DNA of 64,000 nt from sequence record NC_041884.1; one strand, 5' to 3'. The number at the start of each line of letters is the position of its first letter. The stretch's first letter is position 1. The notes below the pieces were generated by a model. That model was not told the DNA's origin. It did no database searches and was given only the letters and a program-made list of their open reading frames with translations. Positions 31,181 to 38,995 of the stretch are shown in pieces. Position numbers and translations under genes: made by a program.

Positions 31181-33593
31181 TATTCTTCTAATTTTTCTGT
31201 CTCTTCAGATTCAACAACAGGTTCTTTACGTTTAGGAGTGAGAGCTTGAATAACTAAAGATTCAAGATACTCATTAGAAGAAGGATTATCTATAAGATAA
31301 TTAGCTACTGCTTCTTTACCCATTACTTTCATAGTTTCACCAGAAGAGTCAATAGGGAAAGTATAATAAGCCCCACCACGAGTAATTAAACCTTTATCTA
31401 ACGCTACTTCAAGAATCTCTTCTTGTTTGTTAATTCCTTTACCAAAGTAAAGATTAATGTCAGTCTTACTATAAGGATATCCAAATCTGTGTTTAACAGC
31501 ATTTACTCTAATAGTTTGACCAATATTATTATCACCTTTAGTTAAGAGACCAACACGCTTAAGCTCTAATCTAATAGATGGATAGAACTTTACTGCGTTA
31601 CCTCCTGGGGTTGCTGTGTCTCCACCAAAACCCAAGTTAGCACGAACCTGATTAATAAAAACTCCAGCAACATTATAATGCTTTAGCTTTTGAAGAATTG
31701 TCTTAAAAGTTTGACTTAGCAAACGAGCTAAAGGAGCCATATGGATATCACCAACATCTCCTTCTAATTCTTGCTTAGTGATAAGAGCTGGAATAGAATC
31801 TACTACAGCTAAACTAAACAAACCAGTTTCAAGCATATCTTCATACACTTGTAAAGCTTGTACACCATCGTCTGGTTGAATTAATAAGAATTTATCTGGG
31901 TCAATATCTAATCCTAAGTCTTGAGCATACTGCATATTAAAAGCTTGTTCAGCATCAATATACAAAACCATTTCATCAGGATATTGTTGTTGAGCCTGAA
32001 CACAAAGTAAAGTTGATACAGTTGATTTTCCTGCACCTGAGGCCAGTTATATTATCGTAAGAGCTTTTTATCTCTTACTTCTAGAAGTTTCCTTCATACT
32101 ACATCAGCAGGAGAGATGTAGATACAGAATGTCAATTCATTCTTAGCTTAGCATATATTTTCATCCAAAAAATGGATGTCGGGGGCTCGTGGATTCATTA
32201 TAGTCTCATTAAATGAGGATCAGAATCTATGCGTTACAAACAATTTATAATTTTACTTATAAATTGCTCTCGGTATTTCCGTATGAAGAACACACTTAGG
32301 ATTCACCGATACACCCCAATTACAGATATATATTACTATATACCTAGGCGATTTTGATTTGTAGAATATTTTTTATTTTTTCAAGTAATTGACTTTTATT
32401 ATCAAATTCAGATTCCCAAACTATATGATACTCATATCCAAGACTTTCATAGATCTTTCTCTTATATGCATCCTTAGCAATATTAAGACTCTGAACTGTA
32501 GTTAAACAATCTTCATTATCATATAGTGAAGGATTACCATGCCAGTAATCTCCAAAACACTCTATAATAATTTTTGTTCCTTTTATTACAAAATCTGGTC
32601 TATATAAATACGTAGAGTTAATTCGAGTATCAAAAATATATTCGACTGATAAGCTATCTAATATATTTTTCATTTGAGTTTCAATAGAGGTTTCTTTTTT
32701 AGTATCAAGTTTCAAACCTAATTGACTGGCTTTATGCTTTACACCTTTTAAAGTTCTTTCTAAAAAGAAAGAAACAATTTCTAAACCATTTTGATAATTT
32801 TCTATTAGAAAAGCTATTTCTTCATCTGACCATTTAGTATCAGAATTAATATATGGTAATTTTAATTCCCATAATTTCTTTTCTACTGCTTTAGAAGATC
32901 TGTTTAACTTTTCAGCTAATTGATCTCTATTAAAGTTTGTATAGTTTTCTTTCAAGAAAAGAATATCTTCACTACTCCAAGCGTTAGCTTTTCCATTAGT
33001 AATTATTCTTTTTTCTTTAACTAACCCTAGTTGTTTAACCAAATTAAACAACACATGTTCAGATGTGTTAAACTCTTGAACAAAAGAAGACACACTTCTT
33101 GTTTGAAACTCTTTTTTAAGTTTTTCAATTTGTTCGCTTGTAATATCCGAAATAGATTTAGTTTTAGTTAATTTAACAAGATTATTCTTTCTAAAGAAAT
33201 ATCTCATTTGCTCTTTGTCTATATTAAATTCTTTAGCAAGTTCAGAATAAGATTTTGTACTTGTTTTTAAATATTCTATTTGTTCTTTAGTAAACATATG
33301 TTAATCCTATAATATTTTTAATGCATGATATCTTTGTATCACACAAATACTATTATAGCACCACAAACATGCTTAATCAAAATTATTGTCCACCATATAC
33401 TTCTACCATTCTACCACGAGGGATACCGCCGATATTCAGAAGAGCATCTAACTTATAGCTTCCGTGAACTAATAGTATCTAATACAGGGAGGTTATTAGG
33501 ATCAACAATGACGCCAGGATGTTTTTTATTTACTGCTGCAATAGCATTTTGTAAGATCTTTTTACGATCTGCGGCATTTAAACCTTTTGACAT
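31180..33593 (-). CDS. recA: RecA/UvsX recombinase (354 aa); exons 33593-33392 and 32043-31180; +1 break at CGG 33464
   Basis: Restored ISSGSYKLD...GGIPRGRMVEVYG|ASGAGKS; IDAEQ, VVDSIPAL, FINQVR, TPGGNAVKFY. Confidence 0.92.
32344..33297 (-). CDS. intron-encoded EDxHD (Vsr/DUF559-like) homing endonuclease
   Basis: YRPDFVI...IIIECFGDYWHG...IVWESE; N-terminal helical repeats such as WSSEDILFLKENY and WSDEEIAFLIENY. Confidence 0.85.
   Translation of the reverse strand: MFTKEQIEYLKTSTKSYSELAKEFNIDKEQMRYFFRKNNLVKLTKTKSISDITSEQIEKLKKEFQTRSVSSFVQEFNTSEHVLFNLVKQLGLVKEKRIITNGKANAWSSEDILFLKENYTNFNRDQLAEKLNRSSKAVEKKLWELKLPYINSDTKWSDEEIAFLIENYQNGLEIVSFFLERTLKGVKHKASQLGLKLDTKKETSIETQMKNILDSLSVEYIFDTRINSTYLYRPDFVIKGTKIIIECFGDYWHGNPSLYDNEDCLTTVQSLNIAKDAYKRKIYESLGYEYHIVWESEFDNKSQLLEKIKNILQIKIA
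33352..33380 (-). promoter_or_regulatory. sigma70-type promoter inside the recA intron, upstream of the endonuclease
   Basis: TTGATT-17 nt-TATAAT with extended -10 TG; RBS AGGA before ATG 33297. Confidence 0.7.
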
Positions 33594-33596
33594 TTA

Positions 33597-34106
33597 TTAG
33601 TATCCATTTTTCTTCAATATATTTAAACTAGTCATTCGATCATGTAATCTATTAAGTTTATAACTGTGTGTGTTCCAAAATTCATAAATGGCTCTAGAAC
33701 TCTCTAAGAGTTTATAAGACTTTAAGCACTTTGTTTCACACATCTTTTCCATAGAGTCAGCGCTAGGAGCTCTTTTACCAGAATTAGTTAATGCTATTTC
33801 TTGAAGAATCTCTTCTCTAGCTTTTAATAATGCTTCTTTATGTTGAGCATCTGCTTTAAGAAAAGCTACCTTAGAATAAGCTGTATTACTCATAATCGTT
33901 TCAGTTAAATTAATTAACTTATTATTATAAGCTTCAACTTCATCAGGATTAGTAGATGCAGAAGCATCAGGTAAGTTTAAATGACTTTCCCATTCGGCAA
34001 GAGACTTATCTCTATAAACAATAGAATTAATAATAGATACTAACCACAATTCATAATCATGACTATCATCTAGAAATGTTTGAACTTGTTCTTCGTTACT
34101 CATCAT
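33597..34106 (-). CDS. hypothetical helical protein, possibly UvsY-like recombination mediator
   Basis: 169 aa, mostly helical, directly upstream of recA; the UvsY call rests on context only. Confidence 0.45.
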   Translation of the reverse strand: MMSNEEQVQTFLDDSHDYELWLVSIINSIVYRDKSLAEWESHLNLPDASASTNPDEVEAYNNKLINLTETIMSNTAYSKVAFLKADAQHKEALLKAREEILQEIALTNSGKRAPSADSMEKMCETKCLKSYKLLESSRAIYEFWNTHSYKLNRLHDRMTSLNILKKNGY

Positions 34107-34377
34107 TTATCCTATTAGCTAGATCAATAATGTGATGGGCTTTCATAGCTATGTTTAATCCAAAACTATCTATATGTTTTAAAAGTTCATATGATACAGC
34201 TTTTCCATTAGATACCAAATTTACCTTGTTTTCTTGTAATTCTTTTGGAAGGTAATTAGTACTAATAGTTAGAAGAAGATTGGAAAGAATAAGAAGCTTT
34301 TCAGTATCATTTAAAGATTCAAATAATGTTTCTTCAATAGTAGATATAGTGTGTATTACTTTATCTTCATTAATCAT
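34096..34377 (-). CDS. hypothetical protein
   Basis: 93-aa ORF with overlapping start and stop. Confidence 0.65.
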   Translation of the reverse strand: MINEDKVIHTISTIEETLFESLNDTEKLLILSNLLLTISTNYLPKELQENKVNLVSNGKAVSYELLKHIDSFGLNIAMKAHHIIDLANRINDE

Positions 34378-34718
34378 TATGGCCCTCTAAATCATCTGAA
34401 ATATCTGTAGCTTTAGTAATATCGAAAATTCTACTTGCAATATTAACTCTAGCTTGATGTCTTTTATCAACTTCTCGCTTATCAAACTCTCCGCTTACAA
34501 TAAACACAACTATAAAGAGAGTTATTAAAACTGTAACTATTTAACTTAAAACATTGCTGACATCTAATTGTAGTACTTTTAAGATCTTTTTCAGAATAAG
34601 TTAAATATCTATCAGCAGAATACACTATCTTTTTTGCAGTATGACGAAATACAGTATTAATAAAGATGTCTACAAACTTAGTTTTATAACTAATTTGATT
34701 AAATTTTTTATACTTCAT
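34370..34718 (-). CDS. CxxC-CxxC zinc-finger protein (115 aa if CGG 34493 is skipped)
   Basis: CQQC...CVYCK then CGG; the +1 frame adds 40 codons that fill the gap and overlap the next ATG. Confidence 0.65.
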
Positions 34719-35423
34719 TTATAAATTATCTCCAATTTTCTTATTTAATGTCATAAGAATATCAAAGTCTCTTAATAAACTAGAAGTTAAGTTATAAAAT
34801 TCTAAAAGTTCTGCATAGCTTACAGAAGGATTACTATCTAATTCTTTACGAATTTCTTTTACAACTGGTTTAGATTCTTCCTTAGGAGCTTCTTCTTGTT
34901 CTTCACAAATTAAATCCAATACTTTAGTAGTATCTTTAATAACTTCTGTATTAAGAGAATCTTTAATAGGAAGAGAAGTAACTTTAGATGTAGGTTCAGA
35001 AGAAGTAAATCCACTAACTGTAGTAGTATAACTAGTCAAAAAGGTTTTAAGCTTAGTCCATGTAGTTCTTTTTAAGGCTTCATTCTTTTCGTCAAACAAT
35101 TCATCTAAGTTATTAAGTAACCCAAGAATATAAATGCGTTTAGTATCGTTTTGATAATAACGAGAGAAAAACTTAAAAGGCTGTTCTCCAATTATTTGAC
35201 CAGTCTGAATAGAAATTTCTGTATATGTCTTGTTTAAACATATAACATAATTCTTAGAGCCTTCTTCTTTTAATAAGGCTAAATATTCTTCTTCTGTTCT
35301 AAATTGAATTTTAGAAATAGGAAATTTGGCTTTATCTAAAACAACAGTCAAAAATTTATTTAATAGTGTACTTGTTTCTATCTCTGAGTTGTAAACAACA
35401 TAAATATTAGAATCACCAACCAT
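34719..35423 (-). CDS. hypothetical protein
   Basis: 234-aa ORF. Confidence 0.7.
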   Translation of the reverse strand: MVGDSNIYVVYNSEIETSTLLNKFLTVVLDKAKFPISKIQFRTEEEYLALLKEEGSKNYVICLNKTYTEISIQTGQIIGEQPFKFFSRYYQNDTKRIYILGLLNNLDELFDEKNEALKRTTWTKLKTFLTSYTTTVSGFTSSEPTSKVTSLPIKDSLNTEVIKDTTKVLDLICEEQEEAPKEESKPVVKEIRKELDSNPSVSYAELLEFYNLTSSLLRDFDILMTLNKKIGDNL

Positions 35424-35842
35424 AAACTCTCTCCTTTGCTTTATTTAATAATACTTGTAAACCTTGTACTTCTGCCATAGAAAGAACAAGACTGAGATTT
35501 AAATCTCTTACTCCACTTTCCTCTAGTTTTAAAACTAAAGAATTAAGTTCACTAGTTTCATATTCCATACTAAAAGCTTTATAGCCTGTAGGAGTAGTAA
35601 ATTTAATTAAAGATGAAGTTTGTTTTGTATCATTAAACAATACTAAAAGTTGATCTATAGCATTTGCTGAAATCTTAAAACTAATTTTATTGTTTACCCA
35701 ATCATAGATATTATAAGTATCACGATTGTGAAGAACTGGAGCTGCTTCTACGTAAAGACATCCGTGTAGAACTTCCATCAGCAGGATGAAGAGTAAAACG
35801 GAAAGAGGTATCTTTACTGTAATAAGTTGGTTGAGCTAACAT
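35413..35842 (-). CDS. Whirly-like putative ssDNA-binding protein (142 aa), +1 break at CGG 35764
   Basis: GCLYVEAAP...YDWVNNKISFKISANAIDQL parallels the plant Whirly core GxxLLQFAP...YDWSRKQVFSLSVTEIG; ATG 35842 joins in frame after skipping C35764. Confidence 0.6.
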
Positions 35843-35891
35843 ATTATTTGAATAACCTTTTTATAAACTTTTTATAATCTATTTTATTTTC

Positions 35892-36443
35892 TTATTTTGA
35901 TAAAGCTGTACGAGACGAGCAATATTCAAACTTACGATTACGAATCGATTTAATGGAATCTTCAGTCCCTTTATAACGTTTTAACATATCACTATAAAGA
36001 GTTACATTATATCCTTTATCTAACAATTCAGTTAGAACAGTTTTATACATACCATGTAAGTCTACACCACAGATATGTATTTCATAGTCTTCTGGACGAA
36101 GAACAAAATCTAAATCTCGACCACTTAATTGTAATTTCGTACCATCTTCTTGAACTACAGATAGTTCATTAGTATGGTCAATAAGATTAGTACTATTTAA
36201 ACGTAAATTAACAATACGTTGATTACGAATACCATTAAATACATTAACATCTTTACGTTGATCTTTAGGACCAAGAACGTCAATATAACCAAAGAATTTA
36301 TCTTTGTTTTGATCAATAAGGGATTTAATACGAGAATCTAATTCATTAGTATGTTGGAGCTGTTTATGAGAATTAGTTGAAAAAAATGTATCAGCTACGC
36401 CAGAAACTAAGAGAATGATATTTTTGTTAGATTGTTGAGTCAT
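35892..36443 (-). CDS. isochorismatase/nicotinamidase-fold protein, probably degenerate
   Basis: EIHICGV...LLDKGYNVTLYSD pattern; catalytic Cys not evident. Confidence 0.45.
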   Translation of the reverse strand: MTQQSNKNIILLVSGVADTFFSTNSHKQLQHTNELDSRIKSLIDQNKDKFFGYIDVLGPKDQRKDVNVFNGIRNQRIVNLRLNSTNLIDHTNELSVVQEDGTKLQLSGRDLDFVLRPEDYEIHICGVDLHGMYKTVLTELLDKGYNVTLYSDMLKRYKGTEDSIKSIRNRKFEYCSSRTALSK

Positions 36444-36505
36444 TACGAACTCCTTGATAATTGGGTTTAAAGGGAAAAAGATTTTTATTTATTACGAATT
36501 AGAAC

Positions 36506-36676
36506 TTATTGATTGTCTTCTAATTCTTTTACACGAGCACGTAAAGCAGCAAGTTCTGCATTAGTAGCACTTAAGCTATTAATAAGAGAACGAATAAGAG
36601 CTGATTCTTTAGCTACACGTGGATCAAGAGTTGATTGAATATTATCAACTTTCACATTTAATTTACTTGGATTCAT
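36506..36676 (-). CDS. 56-aa coiled-coil protein, not in the ORF track
   Basis: MNPSKLNV...NAELAALRARVKELEDNQ; host-like codon usage; fills the gap. Confidence 0.7.
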   Translation of the reverse strand: MNPSKLNVKVDNIQSTLDPRVAKESALIRSLINSLSATNAELAALRARVKELEDNQ

Positions 36677-36688
36677 TATAAGTATTCC

Positions 36689-36982
36689 TTAGTTAGATTG
36701 ATTTTGTAGATGAGTATTAACTAATACTTCTAACGCAGTCAATCGATTATTAATATTATTAAAAAGAGAATCAACATAAACTCTCTGAGCTAAACTAAGA
36801 GGTTTATTTTCATCTAAAGTATTTTCTACTAAAGGTATTCCTAAATTAATTTTAAGATCTTTTAGTATATAATTTTTAATTGCTGATACATTTACATAAT
36901 TTTGATTTGAAGTATTATTAATTATTTCAAATTCTTCATTACCTGTAAGAGAATCAGTTTGGTTTAAATTATCTGTTGTCAT
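36689..36982 (-). CDS. short fibre-anchor-like protein (NTxDxxKP motif)
   Basis: LGIPLVENTLDENKPLSLAQ plus a C-terminal coiled coil. Confidence 0.65.
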   Translation of the reverse strand: MTTDNLNQTDSLTGNEEFEIINNTSNQNYVNVSAIKNYILKDLKINLGIPLVENTLDENKPLSLAQRVYVDSLFNNINNRLTALEVLVNTHLQNQSN

Positions 36983-37292
36983 CTTGACGTTTTTTCTTTA
37001 ATTCATTTATTTCAAGTATAAGCATTTGAATAGTATTATTTAAAACTTCAACTAATCCTTCTAAACCAGAAAATCTTTCTTCAAGAGGCCTAGGAAAAGA
37101 ATATGAAAATTCAGGAGGAGTTATAGAATTTGTTGTGTAATAATAATTAGGCGATCTTGTTGTTGTGACATAAGATTCTAAATCTCTTATTCTTGCACCT
37201 TGAGGTTCTGTGTCTAATATAGTACTAAATACACCGTCAAAATCAAAATCTCCAATACTTATACCATCAGTATTGTTTGAATTTATTGTCAT
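36969..37292 (-). CDS. hypothetical protein
   Basis: Likely start at ATG 37292 (RBS AAGGAA) rather than 37379. Confidence 0.55.
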   Translation of the reverse strand: MTINSNNTDGISIGDFDFDGVFSTILDTEPQGARIRDLESYVTTTRSPNYYYTTNSITPPEFSYSFPRPLEERFSGLEGLVEVLNNTIQMLILEINELKKKRQDDNR

Positions 37293-37402
37293 TGGAATGA
37301 TTTCCTTATAATTAAATTTGGAGAGGATAGAGAGGCACGATCTCTCGAAAGAACTGGTCGGAATCCGTCTTTCCACCATGTACCCTCTATATGCTTAAAC
37401 AT
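37289..37402 (-). CDS. possible 37-aa ORF (MFKHIEGTWWKDGFRP...)
   Basis: Follows the promoter at 37424-37451 and ends in an ATGA overlap with the next gene; weak RBS. Confidence 0.35.
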   Translation of the reverse strand: MFKHIEGTWWKDGFRPVLSRDRASLSSPNLIIRKSFQ

Positions 37403-37417
37403 CTTGCATATAGAGTG

Positions 37418-37471
37418 AAATAAATTCTATTTATTAACTAAGTATTGTCAATTAATAAATAGAATTTATTT
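37418..37471. repeat. perfect 20-bp inverted repeat
   Basis: aaataaattctatttattaa (37418-37437) and ttaataaatagaatttattt (37452-37471), 14-nt spacer. Confidence 0.9.
37424..37451 (-). promoter_or_regulatory. sigma70-type promoter within the inverted repeat
   Basis: TTGACA-16 nt-TAGAAT on the - strand. Confidence 0.6.
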
Positions 37472-37485
37472 GTTCGTAAAGAAGT

Positions 37486-37528
37486 TTTATAGGATTAGTG
37501 ATAAGACATTCTTATATAATCCTATAAA
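37486..37528. repeat. 12-bp inverted repeat with an inner hairpin (possible terminator of the fibre operon)
   Basis: tttataggatta / taatcctataaa flanking taaga-cat-tctta. Confidence 0.65.
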
Positions 37529-37547
37529 CAAAAAATGCTAATAACCC

Positions 37548-37880
37548 CTAAAGATTATTAGCAATAAAAGATTCTAATGCAGCTACTCTATTTTCAAGAG
37601 CAGATACATAAGTAGTAAGAGTAGATAGATGTGAATAAACACCATTGAAATTACTATCAATATAAAGCTTTTGAGCTTTAGATACAGGCTTATCAATATC
37701 ACTAGTGTTATTTAATCTATCTAAATTTAAATTAACTTTAATGTCTTTCAATACCCAAGCTTTTAGTGTATCAGTACGAACGTTTCCAATACCAACATTA
37801 CCTAAAGGGATTGCTTCTATTCCTGTTAAATTAAATATTTCTCTTGTGTTTAAAATATAGTCATTTGTATATGGAAGCAT
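37548..37880 (-). CDS. short fibre-anchor-like protein (NTSDxDKP motif)
   Basis: LNNTSDIDKPVSKAQ plus coiled coil ending RVAALE. Confidence 0.7.
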   Translation of the reverse strand: MLPYTNDYILNTREIFNLTGIEAIPLGNVGIGNVRTDTLKAWVLKDIKVNLNLDRLNNTSDIDKPVSKAQKLYIDSNFNGVYSHLSTLTTYVSALENRVAALESFIANNL

Positions 37881-37890
37881 AATTAAACTC

Positions 37891-38442
37891 TTAAAAGAGA
37901 ACTGATTCTACTTCAGAGATAGTATTTGCAGCATTAATTGCATCTCTAGCTAGTCTTCCTCTCCTGTGCAATGCAGTAACATGATTTCCTAAAGCTAAAG
38001 CTAGTTGTTGAATTTCTTCAACACTAAGTTCAACTACAGTATCATCTGCTAATGTCCAAGAGACAGGTTGATTAAAAAGATATGCTGCTAAGATTCTTCC
38101 TTGAGAAATATAGTCTGAGTCAAATGGTTTACCATTTAAGACAAATCCTCCAAATTCTTGCTTATTTCTCTCTAGTTTAATCTCTTCCCATTTGAGAGTT
38201 TTAACTTCACTTAAAGAACGAGAGTCCTTCCAAGTTCGACTAACATAATCAAATTTAAAGTAGTAAGCTGGAGGAGAACCAATAGGCATCCAATCAGTAC
38301 CTGTCCAATAATCAGTTGATCTTGGAGGAGGTAATAAAACTGTTGAATGATTTGGAGGAGTTTGACCTATAATTTCAAATGTAGTTCCAGTTAATGTTTT
38401 TATATACTGACCATATTGATTAATTAAATATTCAGTTTTCAT
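37891..38442 (-). CDS. tail-fibre assembly chaperone (DUF4376-like)
   Basis: KWEEIKLERNKQEFGGF...FDSD...WTLADDTVVEL...EVESVLF. Confidence 0.75.
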   Translation of the reverse strand: MKTEYLINQYGQYIKTLTGTTFEIIGQTPPNHSTVLLPPPRSTDYWTGTDWMPIGSPPAYYFKFDYVSRTWKDSRSLSEVKTLKWEEIKLERNKQEFGGFVLNGKPFDSDYISQGRILAAYLFNQPVSWTLADDTVVELSVEEIQQLALALGNHVTALHRRGRLARDAINAANTISEVESVLF

Positions 38443-38447
38443 TATTT

Positions 38448-38993
38448 TTACAATTCAATTGAATTTACTTCTTCTATAGTTGTAGCAGAATCTAGTTTTT
38501 CTCTAGCTGTTCTACTTCTATCATGAATACTTGTAATATGAGTAGAAAGTACTATTTTTAAATTATTTAAATCCTCAACAGATAAATCAATAGTAGAATT
38601 ATTCTTCAAAGTCCAAGAGACAGGAATACCTAAGCTAATAGCATTAAGTATTCTTGTTTGAGAATTTAAATCGGAATCAAAAATACAGTCTTTGTATTCA
38701 AAGCCAGCATCTTCTAATTCTTGTCTTTGGTTTTTAAGTTCTTCCCACTTAGATTTTTTGAACATATCTAAAGTTCTAAAGTCTTCCCATTGTTTAGTTT
38801 CATAATTAAATTCAGAAAATTCATTAGGCTTATTTGGGATGGGGATAAAATTTTCCCCATCCCAATAACTATTAATATCAGTACAAAATTGATTAATAAT
38901 AATTTGATTTTCAATAAAACAATAAGAAGGTTGTTTAGGTCCAGAAGAAGTCATATAGACTCTTCCAGAAAGATCAACAATAGTATATGCCAT
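38448..38993 (-). CDS. tail-fibre assembly chaperone (DUF4376-like), paralogue of 37891-38442
   Basis: KWEELKNQRQELEDAGF...FDSD...WTLKNNSTIDL. Confidence 0.75.
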   Translation of the reverse strand: MAYTIVDLSGRVYMTSSGPKQPSYCFIENQIIINQFCTDINSYWDGENFIPIPNKPNEFSEFNYETKQWEDFRTLDMFKKSKWEELKNQRQELEDAGFEYKDCIFDSDLNSQTRILNAISLGIPVSWTLKNNSTIDLSVEDLNNLKIVLSTHITSIHDRSRTAREKLDSATTIEEVNSIEL

Positions 38994-38995
38994 AA

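Larger units (their letters stand above)
32044..33391 (-). mobile_element. group I intron (1348 nt) in the recA Walker A motif, carrying a homing endonuclease gene
   Basis: Exon UAUGGU pairs with IGS GCUAUA (G.U at the splice site); UGUGGU pairs with 3' exon GCCUCA (P10); P7 GCAUA / UAUGC; terminal G; splicing restores GxxxxGKS. Confidence 0.9.

Noticed and set aside
37289-37379. In-frame CGG (37367) in the track ORF 36969-37379 as a second Arg counter-example
   Set aside because: It lies in a 5' extension upstream of the RBS-supported ATG 37292; in the alternative 37-aa ORF it is out of frame (GAC GGA).
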